Below, in pieces: positions 56,214-64,000 of a stretch of DNA of 64,000 nucleotides. Under the pieces are notes generated by a model. The model was given only the letters and a program-made list of their open reading frames with translations, did no database searches and had not been told where the DNA came from. Location of the stretch: NCBI GenBank assembly GCA_963716255.1, contig OY970303.1:4320001-4384000 (forward strand). The letters are read 5' to 3'. The stretch is from an uncultured Gemmatimonadales bacterium. GTDB lineage: Bacteria; Gemmatimonadota; Gemmatimonadetes; Longimicrobiales; Longimicrobiaceae. Positions within the stretch are counted from its first letter, which is position 1. Each line of letters opens with the position of its first letter. Position numbers and translations under genes: made by a program.

Positions 56214-56855
56214 CTACCTCCCCGTCCCCGCGCCGGCACCCGCCGGCGGCGCGGCCGCGCGCGACATGCCCGGGATCGCCTCCGGGCGCACCGAGATGTA
56301 GAAGTTCTTGACGAACAGCGAGTCGATGCGGATGAACCCGCTGTCCGGGATGTCGCCGAACTTGCCGCCCGCCCGCGGGGTGGGGCGGGGCAGGCGCACC
56401 CCCAGGGAGTCCAGCCGCACCTTGAGCTCCGCGCGCGCGATCTTCTGGATGTAGCCGTCCAGGTTCACCCCCGCGCCCGGGTAGATGGGGATCCGGGTCC
56501 CCTCCGGCGGCGGCGGCTCGAAGCGCACCAGGATCCGCCGTCCCCCGGCGGCGCGCACCCACACCGCGTTCCCCGCCAACCGGCTCTCCGCCACCGCGGT
56601 CAGGCGCACCAGCCGTCCCAGGTCGTCCTCGCTCAGCTCCGACACCGCCTCGAAGGGGGTGGGCGCCACCGGGATCACCGGCGCGCGCGCGGAGCCGAAG
56701 TTGGCGCGCGCGCCCACCTGGTTGGTGCGCGCGGCCTCCGTGGGGTCCCCCGTGAACCAGGTGAAGAGGAGCACGGCGAGCGAGGCGGCGATCAGCCCGC
56801 CCACCAGGAGCCACACGTAGGAGCCGCGGGGGCGTACCAGCCGAATGTCCGGCAT
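56214..56855 (-). CDS. Hypothetical membrane-anchored protein
   Basis: N-terminal TM segment VWLLVGGLIAASLAVLLFTWF. Confidence 0.65.
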   Translation of the reverse strand: MPDIRLVRPRGSYVWLLVGGLIAASLAVLLFTWFTGDPTEAARTNQVGARANFGSARAPVIPVAPTPFEAVSELSEDDLGRLVRLTAVAESRLAGNAVWVRAAGGRRILVRFEPPPPEGTRIPIYPGAGVNLDGYIQKIARAELKVRLDSLGVRLPRPTPRAGGKFGDIPDSGFIRIDSLFVKNFYISVRPEAIPGMSRAAAPPAGAGAGTGR

Positions 56856-57008
56856 CTGCGTCGGGAGGTGAGGGGAGCGGCGACGTCGGACGCGGCGAAA
56901 AGGCAAGGAACGTTCCCCGGCTTGCCGGGTTCGATCCCGCGCCGTTAAGATACGGGCCGAAACGCCCACATCCCGACCCCTCCACCGCTCGGAACCCGGA
57001 GCCGTCCC

Positions 57009-57779
57009 GTGACCCGTAAACCCGCGCCCCGCGGCCGCTCGTCCCTGGCGCCCTTTTACGCCATCGTCGGCGTCGTCGCGCTCGCCGGCATCGGCTGGCT
57101 CCTGTACCAGTCCATGGGTGGCGGCGGCAAGCCCGTCACCGCTCCCGTGCCGGTGGTCATGGACCAGGCCAAGTTGAACCGCGTGCAGGGCACGTCCATC
57201 GGCCGCGCCGACGCGCCGGTGGTGATCTACGAGTTCGCCGACTTCCAGTGCCCCGGGTGCGGCCAGTTCGCCTCCATGGTGGCGCCGCTCATCAAGGAGC
57301 GCCTGGTGCAGCCCGGCAAGGTGCGCTACGTCTACTACGACTTCCCGCTCATCCAGCTCCACCAGAACGCCTTCCTGGCGGCGCGCGCCGGCCGCTGCGC
57401 CGGCGAGCAGGGCAAGTTCTGGGAGTTCCACGACGTCATCTACGGCCAGCAGCCCAACTGGAGCGCCGAGGCCGACCCGTCCGACCTGTTCGTGGAGTAC
57501 GGCGTCCGCTCCGGCGTGACGGAAGGCCGGTTCGAGGAGTGCCTGCGCTCCGACAGGTACGCCAAGGAAGTGTCGGAGAGCATGGAGCTGGGCAAGTCGC
57601 TGGGCGTGCAGGGCACCCCGACGCTGATCGTGAACGGCCGCCGCCTCGCGGCCACCCCCAACTTCGCCGACCTGGAGAAGATGGTGAACGACGCCATCGC
57701 CGGCGCGCCGGCCGCCGGCGGGGCTCCCGCCGCGCCCGCCGCCTCCGCGACCGCGCCCGCCGACACCGCCGCCCGATGA
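57009..57779 (+). CDS. DsbA family thioredoxin-fold protein
   Basis: EFADFQCPGC, GKFWEFHD, GVQGTPT. Confidence 0.92.
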   Translation: MTRKPAPRGRSSLAPFYAIVGVVALAGIGWLLYQSMGGGGKPVTAPVPVVMDQAKLNRVQGTSIGRADAPVVIYEFADFQCPGCGQFASMVAPLIKERLVQPGKVRYVYYDFPLIQLHQNAFLAARAGRCAGEQGKFWEFHDVIYGQQPNWSAEADPSDLFVEYGVRSGVTEGRFEECLRSDRYAKEVSESMELGKSLGVQGTPTLIVNGRRLAATPNFADLEKMVNDAIAGAPAAGGAPAAPAASATAPADTAAR

Positions 57780-58261
57780 CCCGTCCGGAGGTTCTGGACG
57801 CGCCCGCCGCCGCCGGCCCCGACGACGAGGACGCGGCGCCCCCGGCGACGCGCATGGCCGTGGCTGTGCTGTCGCTGCTGGGGATCTTCATCGCGGGGTA
57901 CCTGGCGCTGTACAAGCTGGGGTACCTGGGCGTGATCCAGTGCGGCAGCGGCGGGTGCGAGACGGTGCAGGCCTCCCGGTACGCGTACTTCCTGGGCTTC
58001 CCCGTGGCGGTGTGGGGGATCGGGGCCTACGCCGCGCTGTTCGTGCTGGCGATGATGGGGGTGCAGCCGCGCTGGGCGCGCGCGCGCTGGGTGGCCGTGG
58101 GGCTGTTCGCGCTCGCCGGGGTGGGGGTGGCGTTCTCCGCCTACCTCACCTACCTGGAGGCGGCGGTGATCCATGCCTGGTGCCGCTGGTGCGTGGGCTC
58201 CGCGGCGCTCATCACGGTCATCTTCCTGCTGACCATTCCCGGGCTCCGGCGCGCCCGCTGA
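57776..58261 (+). CDS. Vitamin K epoxide reductase (VKOR) family protein
   Basis: ATGA overlap; CGSGGC, YLTYLE, WCRWC. Confidence 0.9.
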   Translation: MTRPEVLDAPAAAGPDDEDAAPPATRMAVAVLSLLGIFIAGYLALYKLGYLGVIQCGSGGCETVQASRYAYFLGFPVAVWGIGAYAALFVLAMMGVQPRWARARWVAVGLFALAGVGVAFSAYLTYLEAAVIHAWCRWCVGSAALITVIFLLTIPGLRRAR

Positions 58262-58309
58262 GGCGGCGCGGCGTCCGTTCCCGATCGTTCGTTCCCGGAG
58301 GACACATCC

Positions 58310-58522
58310 ATGGCGGAACCTTCCAGCAGCACCACCGCGATCCGGCTGGTCTTCGCGGACCAGGGGACCTTCCACTCCGAGACGGTGCACGTGCCGGTGG
58401 ACACGCTGGCGCGCTACGACCGGCTGGTGGACCTGCTGCGCGAGGAGGAGAGCGTCACGCGCCAGATGTACGTGGACATGACCCGGCTGGTGTCGGCGTA
58501 CGTGGTGGGGGACGAGGACTGA
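58310..58522 (+). CDS. Small hypothetical protein (70 aa)
   Basis: GGAGG RBS; followed by a terminator. Confidence 0.7.
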   Translation: MAEPSSSTTAIRLVFADQGTFHSETVHVPVDTLARYDRLVDLLREEESVTRQMYVDMTRLVSAYVVGDED

Positions 58523-58546
58523 TCCTTTCCCGGTTCTGAGGTGTCG

Positions 58547-58585
58547 AAGGTCCCGCGGCTCTCGGAGTCGCGGGACCTTTTTCTT
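58547..58585 (+). terminator. Intrinsic terminator
   Basis: AAGGTCCCGCGGCT...AGTCGCGGGACCTT followed by a T run. Confidence 0.75.
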
Positions 58586-58600
58586 CCGGTATGGCCGGGT

Positions 58601-58730
58601 GTGGGGCCGCTCCGGAGCCCGGCGGTACTGCTGCCGGTCTCCTGCGCGGGTCGCGGAGCCCCGGGAAACTGCCCCCGGGTCTCCGCTCCGGCTACGGGAG
58701 CCAGCCGAAACTGCCCGGCTGTCTCCCTCC
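58601..58730 (+). repeat. Family B trimeric hairpin repeat (B4)
   Basis: GTGGGGCCGCTCCG head followed by three GGAGCC..GTCTCC hairpins. Confidence 0.88.
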
Positions 58731-58826
58731 GCAACGGATTCGGGGGGTACTACGGGAACTGAGAACAACAACGGCAGTTCTCCCCTCCCTCGCTTGCGGG
58801 GGAGGGGTCGGGGGTGGGGGGGCGCC

Positions 58827-59615
58827 CTACTGCCGCGCGGGGGGCGGGGGCGGAGCGGGCTGCTGCTGCGGAGCGCCTGCCTGCGGAGCACCGGCGGGCG
58901 GCTGGGCGCCGCGGCCGGCGAGGACGTCCTCGATGTTGGTGCGGAACTCCTCGAAGGGCGCGGCGCCGCTCACCACCCGCTGGCCGTTGATGATGAAGGT
59001 GGGCGTCCCGCTGATCCCGGCGGAGGAGGCCTGCATCACGTCGTTGACGATCATGGAGGCCATCTGGTCCTGCTCCACGCAGGTGCGGTACGCCGCCGCG
59101 TCCAGGCGCAGCTCCGTCGCGTAGCCGGCGAAGCGGGCCGCGGGGTTGCCCTTGCCGCTCCAATCGCGCTGCGTGGCGAACAGGCGGTCGTGCATGGGCC
59201 AGAACTGGCCCTGCGCGCCGGCGCAGTAGGCCGCCTCCGTGGCGGCCCACGACTCCGCGTGCTGCGGGATGGGGTAGGCGATGAACACCATCCTGGCCTT
59301 GCCGGGGCGGATGTAGGCGCTGTCCAGCTGCCGGTACGCCTGCTCCGTGAACTGCCGGCAGAAAGGGCACTGGAAGTCGGACACCTCCACGATGGTCACC
59401 TGCGCCTGCTCCGATCCCTTGACCCGCGCGCGGGAAGCGCGGGCCTGGAGCGAGTCGAGGCTCACGGCGCCCGCCGCGGCGGCGCCGTCCTGCGCCGGCT
59501 TCGCGGGCGTCTGCGCGCACGCGGGCGTGGCGAGGAGCACAAGGAAGAAGGCGCCGGCCGGAAGGCGGTGGAGTGCGGCCCGCCGGAGGGCGGAGCGGAG
59601 GCGGTCAGGGGTCAC
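58827..59615 (-). CDS. Second DsbA family protein
   Basis: SDFQCPFC, GQFWPMHD, GISGTPTF; GTGA overlap with the upstream gene. Confidence 0.9.
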   Translation of the reverse strand: MTPDRLRSALRRAALHRLPAGAFFLVLLATPACAQTPAKPAQDGAAAAGAVSLDSLQARASRARVKGSEQAQVTIVEVSDFQCPFCRQFTEQAYRQLDSAYIRPGKARMVFIAYPIPQHAESWAATEAAYCAGAQGQFWPMHDRLFATQRDWSGKGNPAARFAGYATELRLDAAAYRTCVEQDQMASMIVNDVMQASSAGISGTPTFIINGQRVVSGAAPFEEFRTNIEDVLAGRGAQPPAGAPQAGAPQQQPAPPPPPARQ

Positions 59616-60190
59616 GGGGTCTCCCGCTGGGTGTGGTCGGGTGGGGCGCCGCCGGGGGCGCCGGTGTGGTGCGCGCGTGCGCGGGCCAGGTCCCACGCGC
59701 GCACGTGCGGGGGCGGCCAGTCCCCGGCGCGCGCGGCGGCCGCCAGGGACTTGGCTTCGGCGCGGGCGCGGGCCTCCGTGGCGGCGTCCATCCAGCCGCG
59801 GCGCACGGCCTCCTCGAACTCGTCCTGGTCCAGCACCTCCACGGCCCCGTCCGCGCCCATCCACACGTCCAGCGCCAGGTCCGTGGTGTCCCAGCGCTCC
59901 CCGTCCATCGCCACCGGGGTGAGGACGTTGGCGTAGAAGCCGGTGAAGGTGCCGTCGGCCAGGTGGAAGCGTCCCACGTCGTGCCAGGCGTCGCCGCGGT
60001 AGGTGAACCACACCACCGGCGCCCCCGGCTCCAGCACCACGCGCCCGCCGGCCACCACGGGGCGGGGGAGGCGCGCCGCCTCCAGGAAGGTGACCACGTG
60101 GCCGCCCGCGTCCTCCAGCACCGCCTGCTCGAACACCTGCTCCCGGTCCGGGAGGCGCCGGTAGTGGATGCGGACGGACCCCGTCGCCAT
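59612..60190 (-). CDS. DUF402 domain protein
   Basis: WHDVGRF, GFYANV, DLALDVW, LDQDEF. Confidence 0.8.
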   Translation of the reverse strand: MATGSVRIHYRRLPDREQVFEQAVLEDAGGHVVTFLEAARLPRPVVAGGRVVLEPGAPVVWFTYRGDAWHDVGRFHLADGTFTGFYANVLTPVAMDGERWDTTDLALDVWMGADGAVEVLDQDEFEEAVRRGWMDAATEARARAEAKSLAAAARAGDWPPPHVRAWDLARARAHHTGAPGGAPPDHTQRETP

Positions 60191-60194
60191 ACGC

Positions 60195-62471
<2,277 letters not shown>

Positions 62472-62997
62472 TGGGTTCCTTCCCGGAAGCGGTCCGTGGC
62501 GACGGGCCAAAGCCTAGCTCGGGGGCGTGCCGGGGTCAAGCGCGTGCGGCCGCTCCCGGCTGGTGCTTCCTTCCACGGGTCCGCGTCGGATGGATGCCGA
62601 CCGCAGCGGCTGGAGCGCGCCGGTCGGCGGTCTGGGAAACAGAGCCGTCCGCGCGCGATCTGCTGGTGTCCTGCACCATAATGGTGCGCATTGGGGCAGT
62701 CCGCACTAAAAAGAGACAGCCCGACACAGCGCGTTTTTCTCGCAACAATATGTGATGAAGACGGTTACATCAGCAGCCTCCCTTGGCTCCCGATGTGCTC
62801 CCACCGGCCCCGCTCATCATCCTGGCGAAGGCCCCGTTACCCGTTGAAAACGGGATTGTTGATTTACGGGAACAGAGCAGATAATATCAGACAAATCAGA
62901 AGGGTTGCTTGCTGTGGATGTCCGGTGTGGCACTGCTGAGGAGCGACCGCGCCCGGCCGGGACGGTCATGATTCACCCGAAGCTCTAAGGGGGCACC

Positions 62998-64000
62998 ATG
63001 CGTTCGATCCGTACCCTTCTCCTCGTCGGCTCGGCCGCGGCACTCGCGGCCTGCGCCGATCAGGGGGAGACCCCGGTCGCCAGCGTCGGCACACTCGCTC
63101 CGGTCTATTCCGCGGCAGACCAGTCGAGAGCCATCAAAGGGGAGTACATCGTGGTCCTCAAGGAGGATGCGAACCCCCGCGCGGTGGCCGCCCTTTCCAA
63201 AGTGAGTCCCGAGTACGTCTACACCACGGCGCTCAAGGGATTCTCGGTCTCGCTGAACGAGGGGCAGCTGAACGCGCTCCGCAACAACCCGAACGTGGAG
63301 TTCATCGAGGAGAACCAGGAGGTCTCGGTCGCGGCCACGCAGGCGGGGGCCACCTGGGGTCTGGACCGGACCGACCAGCGCAACCTGCCGCTGAGCACCT
63401 CGTTCACCTACCTGAACACCGGACTCGGCGTCAACGCGTACATCATCGACACGGGCATCAACTTCAGCCACGTGGAGTTCGCCGGGCGCGCCTCCACCGG
63501 CTACGACGCGGTCACGCTGGGCGGCACCGCGGCGGACTGCCAGGGGCACGGGACGCACGTCGCCGGGACCGTGGGAGGGCTGACCTGGGGGATCGCCAAG
63601 ACGGTCAACCTCAAGGCCGTGCGCGTGCTCAACTGCAGCGGATCGGGCACCAACGCCCAGGTCGCCGCAGGAATGGACTGGGTGGCGGCCAACCACGTGA
63701 AGCCGGCGGTCGCCAACATGTCGCTGGGCGGCGGGGCCTCCACCGTGGTCGACGCCGCGACCAACGGGATGATCAACGCCGGCGTCACCGTGGTCGTCGC
63801 CGCGGGCAACGGCAACTTCCTCGGCATCGCCCAGAACGCCTGCAACTACTCGCCGGCGCGTGTGCCCAACGCCATCACGGTCGGCGCCACCACCAGCACC
63901 GACGCCAAGGCCTCGTACTCCAACTACGGGACCTGCCTGGACATCTTCGCGCCGGGCTCCAGCATCACCTCGGCGAACCACGCCAACAACACCGGCTCCA
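62998..64000 (+). CDS. S8 subtilisin (aqualysin/proteinase K-like) lipoprotein with I9 propeptide (3'-partial; absent from the ORF track)
   Basis: MRSIRTLLLVGSAAALAAC; EYIVVLK, WGLDRTDQ, IIDTG, GHGTHVAGT, AAGN. Confidence 0.92.
   Translation, partial: MRSIRTLLLVGSAAALAACADQGETPVASVGTLAPVYSAADQSRAIKGEYIVVLKEDANPRAVAALSKVSPEYVYTTALKGFSVSLNEGQLNALRNNPNVEFIEENQEVSVAATQAGATWGLDRTDQRNLPLSTSFTYLNTGLGVNAYIIDTGINFSHVEFAGRASTGYDAVTLGGTAADCQGHGTHVAGTVGGLTWGIAKTVNLKAVRVLNCSGSGTNAQVAAGMDWVAANHVKPAVANMSLGGGASTVVDAATNGMINAGVTVVVAAGNGNFLGIAQNACNYSPARVPNAITVGATTSTDAKASYSNYGTCLDIFAPGSSITSANHANNTGS

Noticed and set aside
62896..63981. 361-aa minus-strand ORF
   Set aside because: Antisense shadow of the plus-strand subtilisin gene that runs off the window

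Overview
Very GC-rich bacterial chromosomal window. Gene content and the lipoprotein-rich secretome suggest Gemmatimonadota (Longimicrobium-like); this is an inference. About 48 CDSs are supported, with no rRNA, tRNA, CRISPR array or transposase. The main blocks are a LacI-regulated TonB/ABC/GH144/GH94/GH1 sugar (probably beta-1,2-glucan) locus, a peptidoglycan-recycling block (NamZ-like, Opp-type binding protein, degenerate GH3 fused to a serine amidase), DsbA/VKOR, maeB, a diguanylate cyclase and a subclass B3 metallo-beta-lactamase with Glu at the first zinc ligand. Two non-coding signals stand out. (1) A dispersed ~130-nt multi-hairpin element has 9 full copies and 1 internally deleted copy, and its stems show repeated perfect compensatory changes. 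It shares a hairpin module (GAGCC-stem-AAACWGCC-stem-GTCTC) with a second, trimeric repeat family (4 copies); some copies sit in frame in gene 5' ends and form matched inverted pairs. (2) A SAM-II riboswitch plus terminator is followed by a Met/Cys/Thr-rich leader peptide and a second terminator with a candidate antiterminator, upstream of a truncated homoserine dehydrogenase.
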